From Mobula hypostoma (lineage: Eukaryota): a stretch of 64,000 nucleotides of DNA. How positions within the stretch are numbered: position 1 is the first letter of the stretch; every line of letters begins with the position of its first letter. The notes beneath the pieces were generated by a model. It saw nothing but the letters and a program-made list of their open reading frames with translations, did not search any database and was not told the origin of the DNA. The translations under genes and the position numbers were made by a program. Location: contig NC_086097.1 in NCBI RefSeq assembly GCF_963921235.1, positions 84,880,001 to 84,944,000 of the forward strand, read 5' to 3'. Below are positions 27,595-40,929 of the stretch, in pieces.

Positions 27595-27726
27595 AACACC
27601 AGAGATTCCGCAGATGCTGGAAACCCAGAGCAACACAAACAAAATGCTGGGGGAACTCAGCAGGTCAGGCAGCATCTATGGAAACGAATAAATTGTTAGC
27701 ATTTCAGGCCGAGACCCTTCTTTAGG

Positions 27727-27729
<3 letters not shown>
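27595..27729 (-). mobile_element. Short Penelope terminus (hammerhead-type)
   Basis: Reverse complement of the 22593 element. Confidence 0.8.

Positions 27730-27787
<58 letters not shown>
27729..27787. repeat. (TG)n microsatellite
   Basis: Perfect dinucleotide run of ~29 units. Confidence 0.98.
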
Positions 27788-27790
<3 letters not shown>

Positions 27791-27932
27791 GCCTAGTTTA
27801 TACTTCCTTGTCTGTTAGCAACCTCTATATTATTCACCATTATATTACATTTATATCACTCACAAAGTTATGCTGTACTTCTTGAATTCAAGTCCAAGTC
27901 AGTTTTTTTGAATTAGAATGAAAGGCATGATC

Positions 27933-28550
27933 CTAATAAACTGGACTGGTCAAAGAACACTGAGGCTGTCTAGAAGAAGGGTCAGAGCCGTCTCTATTTC
28001 CTGAGGAGACTGAGGTCCTTTAACATCTGCCGGACGATGCTGAGGATGTTCTACGAGAATGTGGTGGCCAGTGCTATCATGTTTGCTGTTGTGTTCTGGG
28101 GCAGCAGGCTGAGGGTGGCAGACACCAACAGAATCAACAAACTCATTCATAAAGCCAGTGATGTTGTGGGGGTGGAACTGGACTCTCTGACAGTGGTGTC
28201 TGAAAAGAGGATGCTGTCCAAGTTGCATGCCATCTTGGACAATGTCTCCCATCCACTACATAATGTACTGGTTGGGCACAGGAGTACATTCAGCCAGAGA
28301 CTCATTCCACCGAGATGCAACACAGAGCGTCATAGGAAGTCATTCCTGCCTGTGGCCATTAAACTTTACAACTCCTCCCTTGGAGGGTCAGACACCCTGA
28401 GCCAATAGGCTGGTCCTGGACTTATTTCCTGGCATAATTTACATATTACTATTTAATTATTTATGGTTTTATTACAATTTATTATTTATGGAGCAACTGT
28501 AATGAAAACCAATTTCCCCCGGGATCAATAAAGTATGACTATGACTATGA
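27933..28550 (+). mobile_element. Young Rex1/Babar LINE 3' fragment
   Basis: LDWSKNT...KKGQSRLYFLRRLRSF plus ORF 28037..28408 (to SFLPVAIKLYN). AATAAA then (ACTATG)n tail. Confidence 0.88.
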
Positions 28551-30015
28551 TAATGACAATTCCTTCAGAAATCACTGAACTTGGTGCCTCTAACTGGCTG
28601 TTTTTACCTTTGACTTTCCTTCATAAAGTCATAGAGTAAAGCCAGCGTAACTTGTTCATGCGACCAAAGTGTCCACATAAGCTGTTCCCATTTGCATGAG
28701 TTTGGCCCATATTCCTCTCTTAAATGTTATTATTGTTGTATCTACCTGAGCCGCTTCCTGTGACAGTTCATTCTTTATATGCACCACTCTCTCCATGAAG
28801 CAGTTGTCCCTCAGCTTCGTTTTAAATCTTTCTCCTCCACTGTAAAACTATGCCCTCTAGTTTTTGGTTCCCTTTCCTTAACCATTTTCAAACGTACTTC
28901 ATTTTGTTCTCTATTATCCTAATGTTTTCCACTTAAACAGTCTCTACTTCCCCTACCTACCGTGCTTAAAGAGGACTGCGTGTCCTCATAATCTAAATCT
29001 AAAGCTAATTTCCTAGAAATGTGTGGAGATTTGCTTCGCTGCATTATTAGATCTGACACATGTTGCTTAAAAATTAAAAGTTCATGTCCATTTCAAGAGT
29101 CCTTTCATAGTGGCACTTACCCCATATGAGTGTTGTTGCAGATCTTTCCTCTTACGTACTATTTTTTACTTTTGTGGATTGGACTCTGTAGTTCATGTTG
29201 TGGTTCCTGGCCGCTCTTTTATTTGTTGCTATTTTGAGCAGATGGCAAGCGGCACAGTGCTAGATTGAACTGAACTGATCTGAATTGAATATGCCAGAAC
29301 GTTTTCAATTTTTGTGTTTTATATTCTGCTTTTTCACTTTTTTTGCCGTTTGTGTGATTGTATTTTGTTTTGCTCAGTGGGGTGTGTTTGATGTTTTCCT
29401 TTAAACGGATTCTAGGGTTTTCTTTGTTTTGTGGCTGTCTGTGGAACGGCGAATCTCAGGGTTGTATACTGCTTAAATACTGTGAGAATTAATGTACTTT
29501 GAACTTTGAATGGTCATCAGACTTATTTCCTTTCCCAATCAACATTTAGGGGCCCCAAGGAAACACATTGTATTAACCACTGACTCAATCTTGTAACCCT
29601 CTACTACATTCGCAAATAGCACAAAGACGGACAGTGCTATGTTTTAGCATTCCCTGAGCCGAGTTGCTATGTACTGGACTTGTTACAAAGCAGTAATTTA
29701 ATGTTGTCACGTGGTAATGTTCAAATCCAGTGGCAATCCTTGTGCTGGAAATGCCAGCCAGAAAGGTTGCTTTGTAAATGTACATGTCTCGAGAATATAA
29801 ATACTCAAAAACAGTGTAGCAGTCAGTATTGCTGTCTCACAGCTCTAGGGAACCAGGTGCTTTAATGCTGCCAGTGTACAGTTTGCCCATTCTCCCTCTA
29901 TCTTTACCCGAGGGGCTCAAGCTTCCTCGTGGATCACAAAAACGTGTTGTGCAAGAAGGTTAATTGTCCACTGTGAATTAGCCCTGCTGTAGTTAAGTGG
30001 CAGGATGGAGATTTA

Positions 30016-30378
30016 TCTCTACCAAAGGAGGTGTAAGGCGTTTCTTCCCTCCGTTAGCCTGTAGGTCACCCTTGGACAAGATGTAACACCTGCTTAGCCC
30101 TGCGATCGGGGTCGCGTAAAGCCATGGGAGCAGGTGGTGGATGGTTATATGAGCAGCTGGTGCATATCACAAGTCCTAGTTATGCGACCACTGACACCAG
30201 GCAGTCAATCTCTGAAGATCTGAAGAGTATTGATAATGACTGAGATCACCCGTCTTGTAAAGACACTGCCCAGAAGAAGACAATGGCAAACCACATTTGT
30301 AGAAAAATTGCCTAGAACAATCATGGTTATAGTCCTTGATCGCTCACGTCATACAATACAGCACACAGTGATGATGAT
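30016..30378 (+). mobile_element. RTE-related short non-autonomous element
   Basis: RTE-like motif gaagacaatggcaaaccac and a (TGA)n tail. Confidence 0.5.
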
Positions 30379-31440
30379 AAGTAGTACAAGCATCAAGGGA
30401 GAACGCTTGGGTATCTGAGAGCAAATATGTTGCAGGGATTCATGGGAAAAGGATATCACGCAGCAAACAATAAACTGGATTGAAGGAACTCAGAGGGTCA
30501 GACAGCATCTCTGGTAGGAACGGAATTGTGAATATTTCTGCATCATCTTCAGTGTAACAGCCAAGTCTGTTTATGGCCTGGTCATTTCAGCATTTGTGGC
30601 AATCTCTGATGTGGGTATGAATAATAACGAAGTTTTCAAGTGAGGAACTGAACAAGCACTTGGTGAACCATGCCCTGCAAATATGATCAGGCTCACAGAT
30701 TTCAATAAATGCAGTTTGCGTAGTGCCACTTAGAAAAATTATTGAAAAAAGTTGACAAGGGCAGTACTGTCGATATGATACACGTGTGCCTAGAAATGTG
30801 GAGCAGACATTGTCATTTATAGAACAAATCCAAGGTTACAAAATAATCCCATTCTTCTTTTACTAAGTAGCTACTGCAGCTTGCTCCCCTTAGAATTAAA
30901 AACCAACTGGCATCTTTAACAGTGTTGAATGAGTAGAAGTTTGTTCTTTGCAGTTTGAGAGTTTACCTGTGTGCACTGCTTGGAGATGAGGCAGAATAGG
31001 AGTGGGGGAGGTAACAGGGTTGAGGTGGGTAACAGTAAGCGGATCACTGGGAAGACCCCTTCTTACCCCACCATCACCCTCTGTATCTGTGGCATGCCAC
31101 CATGATCAGACATGAACATCCTCTCATGGATCAACGGGTCCCGGTTAGTAGATCCTTCAGGTTTTTTTAAACTACAGATTACAGGGGATGACTTTAAACG
31201 CAAGATTGTGGAAGTCACATCTATTCATACATGTATAGTTCTTTACTTTGCATTTTGACATGAGTTATTTAAAAAGGTCGATTGGCCCAAGGATTTGATC
31301 CAATTTCTGTCCTTGAGTAATCATCTTGCATGCAAAGTATGACAGAAATGAAAGCTGGGAAGAATTACAACAGTCTGATTTCCTGAGAGATGGAAATGGG
31401 AGAAAATACTTTAGAATGGATGAGTGCAATTTTTGTACAT

Positions 31441-31840
31441 CTTCTTCTTAAGCCTATCACCCCTGCTGGGACATAGGCTGGCAACAGCAGCTCGCCAGAG
31501 TACTCTGCCTTGGGTCAGCCTTTCAAGTTGTCCCCAGGTGTGGCCCATCTTCAAAGATGGTTCCTCTCCCAGGGATGCCGTTGGGGCAAGTCCTGATGAA
31601 GGGTCTCAGCCTGAAGCATCGACTGTACTCTTTGCCGTAGATGCTGCCTGTCCTGCTGAGTTCCTGCAGCATTTTGTGTGTGTTGCTTGAATTTCCAGCA
31701 TCTGCGGATTTTCTCTTGTTGGTCTTTGGGACTTGTGTTGGTGTTTCTGTAACTCTGGGCTTTTACGGGATGGGGTTGCTAGCCCCGTGCCCAGCCTCCT
31801 CCTTTTGCAGCCGGGCTTGGGACCGTCCATGGCAGAGTAA
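31441..31840 (-). mobile_element. Bipartite RTE-derived element with nested Penelope terminus (31589-31720, plus)
   Basis: RTE 5'-UTR-like motif ttttacgggatggggttgctagcccc and (TTC)n tail. The nested piece carries gtcCTGATGAagggtctcagcctGAAGcatcgac. Confidence 0.6.
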
Positions 31841-32049
31841 CTTCTTGTACGTGGCTCGTACATATAAAACACACTCAATTCCTAAGCACTTTTAAAAGAT
31901 TAATGGAGATAAAATGACAAAGAAAGGAATGGAAAGGCATATAAAATGAATAGAATGGTGTACCTGGTGACATAAATGTACTTGATATTAAACTTACTTT
32001 GAACTTTAAAATGGGTGGTAACAACTGAATTCATTATTGATTTACAGAG

Positions 32050-32437
32050 AAAGAACTTGCATTCATGGTTGTATAATTCGTGACCTTCAAGTCACCCCAA
32101 AATGCTTTCAGAGGAGTGTGGCAACTGCTCCAAAGCAGTGAAGGTAGCAATCATTTCCCTCAATGAATAGGCTGTCTCCTTTTAGAGATGCTGGTTGAGT
32201 TCCTTTTATAGTCATTGGCCAGGGTACTTGGGAGACTCCCCTATTCCAAATGGAGAGAGCAGATGGGCACTCAATTTAGCATCTCTTCCAAAAGATCTCT
32301 CTCTTCGAACGTGCAGCACCTCCTCAGTTGCACGTTGAAACGGCAGCTGAGATAACATGTCCAGCTCCCTGGAGTGGTACTTAAAACCACTACTGTCTAA
32401 TTCAAAGGGAGGGGTGAATGCGACAACTGTGACACAA
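32050..32437 (-). mobile_element. DeuSINE (SacSINE1/AmnSINE1-like)
   Basis: Minus strand gtgctgcac...gatgctaaattgagtgcccatctgctctctc...ggggagtctccc..taccctggccaat...ctcaaccagcatctctaaaa resembles the Deu domain. Confidence 0.65.
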
Positions 32438-33291
32438 ATGTGTGCTTGCTTCCTTTTAGGGAAGGAAAATGAATGTTCCATACAATACTCTGGCTTTGTA
32501 CATCTTGGACAGCAGGGACACACTGCTTGATGCCATCAGTTCGGAATGGATAGAATCATATTAACGCTATTGTCTGTGCTTCCTGTTATATTTAAGTCTG
32601 CCCCCCTTGTTACTCTTTAGTAATATGGCATTAATTGCCATTCCATTGCTCTGTGAATAGCAGCAAGGTAAAATGTCCATAATTACAAGGTAAGACAAAC
32701 TTCGTTGTCATAGTGGTTATGCTTCATTTATCAAAGAAAAATTGCAGAGTGGGGTAAAGCAGTCACAGCTGATAAAATATTAGGTGTAAGCCAAAAAAGT
32801 ACAATGTGAATTTATTACATTACATAATATTCACATTAATCACTTTTTTTAATTGGTTAAGTTTCAGAAGTAAGTTTGTAATTACTTCTGAAACCATGGA
32901 TGAAAGCCTGGGCCCACAATGTCCTTAATGAATCTTTCGATGCATTCGTAGTTAACCAAATCCTTGAGACCGTTCCCTTCTCACTTGTATTTTCATAGTG
33001 AAATGCGATGCCCTTGCAAGTCCAAAGCAGACTATTCTGCCCATCTGATCCTTGATGATACTCATGCTTCCTGCCGCCTTCCTGTGTCTTATCTTGTTAG
33101 TGTGTCCTTTGCTCTTCCCTCCCTCGCATTTATCTAGCTTCGTCATAATTACAACAATTCTGATCCATTGAGGCCTGTCCATATCCTCACCACTTTTGTT
33201 AAAGCAGTTTCTCCTGAACGCCATGCTACATTCTTCACTTACGACTGGTAGCATTTCATTCAGCTTTGGTATAAGAATTGCTTCTGTGCTG

Positions 33292-33523
33292 TAAGACCAT
33301 AAGATATAGGAACAGAATTAGGCTATTTGGCCCATCGAGTCTGCTCCACCACTTCACCATTGCTGATTTATTTTCCCTCTCAGCTCGAATATCCTGCCTT
33401 CTCCTCATAACTCTTCATGTCCTGTCTAAACAAGAATCTATCAACCTCTGCCTTACTATAACTCAGTGACTTGGCCTCCATAGCTGCCTGTGGCAATGAA
33501 TTCCACAGACTCACCACTCTCTG
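33292..33523 (-). mobile_element. CR1 LINE 3' end
   Basis: taagaccataagatataggaacagaattaggctatttggcccatcgag tail. Confidence 0.8.
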
Positions 33524-34004
33524 AGCCTATTGGAAATAAATTTAGTACATTTATAAAGAGATATTTTATTTAATCCAATGAAATATACATTTTCTAGTTT
33601 ATGTTTTATTTAAATTTAATAAAAGTAAGTGCTTTTGAAGTTTTTGCATTCAGATGAATCCTGAGAATATTCAGCTCATGGACAGCAGCTGTAGCAGTAA
33701 CAATTTTCATTTATATAGTGCCTTTGATGACTCAAGGTTGCATTTGGAGTGGTTTAATATGGGCAGCTCTGTGGAATAGCTATTGTGTTGCTCCCTTACA
33801 GGTTGGACTCTATCCTGACCCTGTTGTTCCAATCTCCACCCACAACTCAACGTTGTGCTGGTCAGTTAATTGGCGGCTGTAATTTATGTACGTCGGTGGA
33901 TGGCAAGAATATCAATAGAGATTTCATGAGCAATGGAGAGAGAATTGGTTACAGGAGAGTAGATGGGGAGCATAGAGTCAAGGGGCCAATTAGCCACAGT
34001 CTCT

Positions 34005-34520
34005 TTCAAAGTAAAGTAACTTTTTATTATCAAAGTACATATATGTCACCATATGTGACCCTGAGATTCAGTTTCTTGCAGGCTTAAATCTATATTAGAA
34101 TAAATGAAAGATCACACCAACTTGGGTGTTCGACCTTTGTGCAAAAGACAACAAACTACGCAAATACAAAATGAAAGAAATAATAATAAAAAGTAAATAA
34201 ATAAGCAAAAATATTGAGAACATGAGATGAAGAGTCTCTGAAAGTGAGTCTATTGGTTGTGGGAACATTTCAATGATTAGGCAAGCGAAGTTGAATGAAG
34301 TTATCCCCTCTGGTTCAAGAGCCTGATGGTTGAGGAGTAATAACTGGTAGTGAAACTGCTGGTCCTGAAACCTGGTGGTGTGAGTCCTGAGGCTCCTGTA
34401 CCTTCTTCCTGATGGCAGCAGCGAGAAGAGGGAAGCCCTAGGTGGTGGGATCCCTGATGATGGATGCTGATTTCCTACAACAGTGTTTCATGTAGACGCG
34501 TTCAGTGGTTGGGAGGGCTG
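34005..34520 (-). mobile_element. Rex1/Babar-like LINE 3' fragment
   Basis: Reverse complement of the family at 14185-14592. Confidence 0.75.
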
Positions 34521-35489
34521 TATTAGAAGTTTAGAGAAAGATGCATCATGTTCAGATCTTCTATGGGGGATTCAACAAAGCTTCCACAAATTGGAAATCC
34601 TGTTTTGTTTAGCTGTGATTTCATGCCTTCATACAGAGTATCTGATTCCTGTGTTCCCTCGTGATAAATTGTGCTATGCACTAGAAATTTTATAGCCAAG
34701 AGATAAATGAAGAAACTTGCTTTTGGTTATTCAGGCTAAGTAGATGGAGTACATCTGCTGTCAGCTACGTTCACCTCTGCTCAGTCGGTTCCTCAGAAGT
34801 TTATCATTTTCAGCATTTTTAAGGATTCTTAAACTGATAAGACTGAGAATTATGGCAATAATAAGCACATTACTGTTATTATCAAAGTCTAATGAAACAA
34901 CAAGGGGGTAGAAATTTATAAACACAAGACTTGCAGCAGATGCTGGAAATCCAGGGTAACACACACAATATGCTGGAGGAACTCAGCAGGTCAGGCAGCA
35001 TCTACGGGAATAGGTAGAAATGTATGTTCTGTTGTGTGGTCCAAATATGTCTTGTGGAAACAGATGATTTCTGCTCTCTGGTTCTGAGATTTAGTTTCTG
35101 AACTGAATTTACTGCATCATTCATACAGTTGCTATGACAAAGGACAATTTTTATGCCAAATAAAAAATCAAAAACGGTGCAGATGCTGGAAATTAGAAAC
35201 AGAAACTAGAATCATTCTGTTTTTATGCCAGGTCTATGGGACACACCCAGCACGTCACACTGTACCAATAGAGGGTGAAAAACTGAATCAGTATCACAGA
35301 AGAATGACTTTTAAGTTTTCACCCTACATGTTTTTCTCTCAGGCCTCTTACATTGGGGTTAAAGCCTCCTGCTGCTTTCTGTGTATTTAGGGAGCCGTTT
35401 AAACCGTGTCTGTAGAAAAGCAGGTAGAATAATTTAAAAAAAACTAGCATAAAACTTACCACAGGTAATTTTGGCCTGCAGGAGACATG

Positions 35490-36865
35490 AAGTCATTGAG
35501 CAATACAGCACAAATACAGGCCCTTGAGCCCATCGATTCCATGCTGACCGAGTTCCCAGCCAATGGTTCCCAATTTCCTGTGTTTGGCCCATATCCTTCC
35601 ATGTACCTATCTAAGTGTTTCTAAAAACGATGCTATTGCACCTGCCTCACCCCACTTCCTCTGGCATGTCACTCCAACTGCTCACCACCTTCTGTGTGAA
35701 AACGTTCCTCTGCAGGTCCCTTTCAAATCTTTCCTCTCTTACCCTAAATTTGTGCCCCCTAGTTCTGGCATACAATATATCTGTGCTTCTCGATTTTAAA
35801 CATTGTTACAAGGTCACTCCTTATTCTACTATGATTCAAAGAATAAAGAACGAGCTTATTCAACCTCTCTCTATAACTTCTCAGCTTCTCTAGTCTTGGC
35901 AACATCTTTTCTGCACTCTTTCCAGTTTAACCACATCTCTGCTATTACAGTGTGACCAAAATTGTACACAGTACTCCAAGTACAGCCTTACTAATTACTT
36001 ACATAACTGTAACATAATACTCCTGTGCATTTTTAAACGTCAATTCAACATAGGATTTATACTATGAATGGTATGCCACTAAGGAATGATTGTCTGCATA
36101 CTTTATGCCTTTTTTGCCACCCTGTTTGCATGTGATCTTGCTTTCAACAAACTATGCACATCTATCCTTAGGTCTCATTGTTCCTTCACATTCCTCAGTG
36201 GCATACTATTCATAGTATAAGTCCTATGTTGAATTGACTTTTGAAAATGCATCAGCTCACATGTACTTACATTGAAATTCATTTGCCACTCATTGGCCCA
36301 CTTCCCTCACTGGTTAAGCTCCCCATTCATCTACGATAACCTTCATTAGAAACGCCACCAACTAATTTTGTGTCATCCCCATCCTTGTACTTGCTGATTC
36401 AGTCCAGTGTATTCACATCCAGATCATTTACTGCATATAAATAAGGAATAACAAGGGTCCCAACAGCAGCCACGTATGTTACATCACTAGTCACTGGCCT
36501 CCATTCCAGAAACAACCTTCAACCACCACCCTCTGCTTTTCAACCTCAATCCAATTGTGAATGCACCTAACTCGCTCTCCCTGCGTTCCGTGCGTCCTCA
36601 CTTTCCAGACCAGCCTACCATGCAGGACCTCGATGAAAGCCTTGCTAAAGTCCAAATAGACAACATTCACTGTCCTACTCTCTGCCACATTGGTTACCTT
36701 TTCATAAGACACTAAAATTTTGTCAAGCATGACTTTCCATGCACAAAGCTTTGCTGACTACTCCTAATCAGACTCTTGACTATCCAAGTGATAGTAGATC
36801 CTGTCCCTCAGAAATCCTTCTGGTAACTTCCCCACTGCCGGCTGCCTGTCCTGTAGTTACCTACA
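35490..36865 (-). mobile_element. Decayed CR1 LINE (RT to 3' end)
   Basis: ORF 36491..36730 VNVVYLDFSKAFIEVLHGRLVWKV. Confidence 0.8.
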
Positions 36866-39436
36866 GGAAGCGACAGAGGGCAGCTTGAACATTAGATCTG
36901 GAGATGACATGACAAGTCTTGAGCACTGGTAATTCTCTTGAGTTACCAGTTCCTTCCGCACAGGTCCTAAGCTCCTGTGAATAGTGATGCAGTGGACCTG
37001 TACCATATTGTTAATTGGAGATTGGAAGGATTTTGCTTCTAATCCATACAGTTGTTGGCATGGGATTGTAGTTCAATATTTCATACAGGGTGTCCCTAGT
37101 TGGAAGAACTTTTCAATTCTCAGTTCTTTTCCTCTGCAATAAAAATACCAAGTTTGTTTTTCAAATAAAAAGCAAAATTGCAATCCTTTTCCAGAATTCT
37201 ATCCCAATTTTTAGGACTGAGACGTCATTGCAAAAAAAAAGCTGAACTATTTTAAAGGATCAGTATGAATTGGGAACGCACGGGCCTCTATAGGTGCTGT
37301 TTCTTTGCAAAAATACATGAATGCAACCTTAATGTTACTGAGCAAGTGTGTGCATCACGTGCCTGGCCTCAAAAATTTTTGTGAGCCTTTATTGCCTTCT
37401 CTTGAACACACCCCTGATGTGAGTGATGCGGGAGTACCAGGATTCCGTTTACCTGCTTATGGTCTATTTAAACTTTCTCCTTTCTTCCTGATATACCTGG
37501 AGCAGCGTCACCTTTTTCCCCTCCATATGCTTATCTAACCACCCCTTAGTGCTTCTCACCCTGTGGTTCACATTTCTCTTCTCAATTTTCATTCAGTTTC
37601 TTTAGAATTCCCCATTTGATTTCATGATTGCTCTTGTTATTGATGGCTTTTTAATCTAGCTCTCCCCGTAGATGGAAACATTCCTTCTACTCCATCCAAA
37701 CCCTTCGCAATTTTAAAAACTTCTGCACAATTTCTCTTTAGCTTCCTATTTAAAAATAGGCTATTAATTTTCTGTTAATTAGAATCTCATGCTGCTTGTA
37801 AATCTAATTTTTACCCTCTGTAAACTGTCCATGTACTCTATATGATTAGATTTGTATGCATCAGTGTGGTTTAGCAAAGTTCAATTCAATTTCAGAGTAA
37901 CTTTTCAGTTCAATTCCTTCAGAAATAAACTCCATGACATTTTTTATGGTCTTATTAACCTGTCGTTTCTTGCAGTGATTTTTGTACGTCCTCCGAGATC
38001 CATTTCTCCCTCTGCTCCATTTAGATTCTCATTTTCAAAGTTATACATGGCTTCCTTATTTTGCTTTCCACTTACCTGTTGAAATTCATTTGCCATTTAT
38101 ATGTCCATTCTGAAAGTTTATCAAACTTTTCTCCAAACAAGATTAATTGCATTATTGACTAGTGTTTAATTTGTTTTCCATAGCATTAAGAAGGTAGACT
38201 TTCACCTTCCTCTCCATCTCATATACGATGTTATACACAAACTCTTAATTTGAAGCTTTGATTCCAACATCTAATTTGTTAGCTGAATTGTGAACAACGC
38301 TTGTCTCAGCACTAATCACCCTTTGTACCTACTGCCACTCTAGACTTCCTCCCAGCTTTCCATTTGCAACCATTTAGCTCTCCGTTTTTAGCTCATGTCT
38401 TTAGCTTCTGCATGAGCAGTTCCCAAAGCATCTGTTGATGGTTGTGTGTCAACTTCACCGGTACGTAGTGAACAGTTCTCTGGCAGCAGGGTTAAACAAC
38501 TACATTCAGGTCGAAAGGTAATTAAGCAGAGATGGAGACCTTTCAGCTCATCAAGCCTTTGCTGCCTTTTTGCTTCAGGATTCAAAATGAATTCAATTAT
38601 CCTCCCAACCTATGATTTCTTCTGCAAAATGGATTTCCCTTCAGCTGGTCTTTCAGTCAAGCATCCACTCAGAACATGAAGTGAAAGTAAGATAGGCCAC
38701 CCACCACCTTGTGAATGTTCTTTTTCTTCAACATCATTCTCTGGCACCTTGATTCTCCTAAACTCCAAATATTACAAGCTATAATAACACTCCTTCCTTT
38801 TTGATTTCAGTGGAAAACCAAGCAAAGGATATGCTGATAAATCAACCATTGGTGTTCTGTTTTGCAGGCAGAGTTCAGCAAACTAAAAAAGGGTTTGTCT
38901 TCAGAAGAAGTTATTCTTAGCTTGCTGCACTCTTGCTGAGGTAATTTACCGGTGCTTATGTCGTAGAAATAATTATGTTTAAATGTATTCCTGCTATTTA
39001 CTTCCCATTTGATTGGTAATTAAACTTGATGCTCCAGTGGGGAGAATGCAGGAGATAAGAGTCATTGTGGCTATTAATCCATGCATCAGAAACCTGCCGT
39101 CAAAAGCTGCAGATTTATTGATACAGTATTCCTGTCTCTTTCCAATTTATATGTAAATGAAATTGAAATCGCTGGGATTGATCAGGTGGATGTACAGACC
39201 TCTATTTCCTTCTCTCCTGCTCTTCAACAACTTTCACTGCAGAACCAACCATTAACGATAAGACTGTGAACAGACGTGCATCCCAGACATTGGGAGAATG
39301 ACAACAAACATCTGGACATGAATTACAGCCCTACATAAAAGCAATAGGGAACATAGGAAATACACAGTTATCTAGGTATTACTTTTTATATTACTCCAAT
39401 GGTGTGCACGCATGAAGGGTTAAATCTACAAATTTG

Positions 39437-40929
39437 AGGAAATCTGCAGATGCTGAAAATCCAAAGCAACACACAAAATGCTGGTGGAAGTCAGCAGGCC
39501 GGGCAGCATCTATGGAAAAGGGTAAACAGTAGGCATTTTGGGCAGAGACCCTTCTTCAGGACTGGACAGAAAGAGGAGAAGTCAGAATAAGAAGGTGGAG
39601 GGAGGGGAGGGCAAAGTACAAGGAGGCAGGTGATGGGTGAAACTGGGAGAGGGGGACGGGTGAAGTAAAGAGCTGGGAAGTTGATAGGTGAAAGAGATAA
39701 AGGGCTGGAGAAAGGGGAGTCTGATGGGAGAGGATAGAAGACCATGGAAGAAAAAGAAGGGGGAGGTGATAAAGGGAAACGGGAATGGTGAAGGGGTGGG
39801 GGCGCAGAGGCAATCCCTAGAAGTTTGATCTTCATACCATTGGGTTGGAGGCTACCCAGACATAATATAAAGTGTCGCTCCTCCAACCTGAGAGTGGCCT
39901 CATCCTGGCTGTAGAGGAGGCACGTCGGAATGGAAGTGGGAAGTAAAATTCAAATGGGTAGCCATCGGGAAATCCCACTTTTTGTGGTGGACAGAGCGAA
40001 GGTACTCAATGAAGTGGTCTCCCAGTCTACATCAGGTCTCACCAATATACCAGAGGCCACACTGGGAGCACCGAACACAGTATATGACCCTAACAGACTC
40101 TCCCCCCTTTCTCAATCTCTCTGTCTCTGGAGACGGTCTAAGTGTTGCATCACCTGGAAGTGCTGCTTGGAGCCCTGAATGGTAGTGAGGGAGGAGGTGT
40201 AGGGGCAGGTGTAGCACTTGTTCTGCTTGCAAGGATAAGTGCCAGGAGGGAGGTCAGTGGGGAGGGATGAATGGACAAGGGAGTTGTGTAGGGAGCGATC
40301 CCTGTGGAAAGTAGAAAGTGGTGGGGGGAGGGAAAGATGTGCTTGGTGGTGGGATCCCATTGGAGATGGCAGAAGTTACGGAGAATTATATGCTGGATGC
40401 AGAGGCCTGTGGGGTGGTAGGTGAGGACCAGAGGAACCCTGTCCCTGGTGTGGCAGCGGGAGGATAGGGTGAGGGCAGGTGTAGATGAAATAGAAGAGAT
40501 GCGGGTGAGGGCAGCATTAATGATGGAGGAAGGGAAGCCCCTTTCTTTGAAGGAGGACATCTCAGTTGTTCTGGAATAGAAGCCTCATCTTGAGAGCAGA
40601 TGCGGCAGAAACGGAGGAACTGAGAAAAGGGAATGGCATTTTTTGCAAGTGGGAGGTAGTATAGTTCAGGAAGCTGTGAGAGTCCGTAGGTTTGTAATGG
40701 ACATCAGTAGATAGACTGTTTCCAGAGACAGAGAGATTGAGAAAAGGGAGAGAGGTGTCAGAAATGGACCAAGTAAATTTTAGGGCAGGGTGGAAGTTGG
40801 AGACAAAGTTGATGAAGTTGACAAGCTCAGCATGGGTGCAGGAAGCAGCACCGATGTAATCGCCAATGTAGCATAGGAGGAGTTGGGGGCATTACCAGTA
40901 TAGACTTGCAACATGGACTGTTCCACGTA
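39437..40929 (-). mobile_element. 5'-truncated Penelope-like element (Neptune-type): RT end, Cys linker, GIY-YIG, hammerhead terminus
   Basis: YIGD (degenerate YIDD)...FHPALKFTWSISDTSLPFL; FKERGFPSSIINAAL..RVPLVLTYHP; PGTYPCKQNKCYTCPY; VIYCVRCSQCGLWYIGET. Frameshifted. Confidence 0.9.

Noticed and set aside
32952..33254. 100-aa minus-strand ORF in unique sequence
   Set aside because: No domain similarity or convincing splice sites. The length is within chance expectation for 64 kb.
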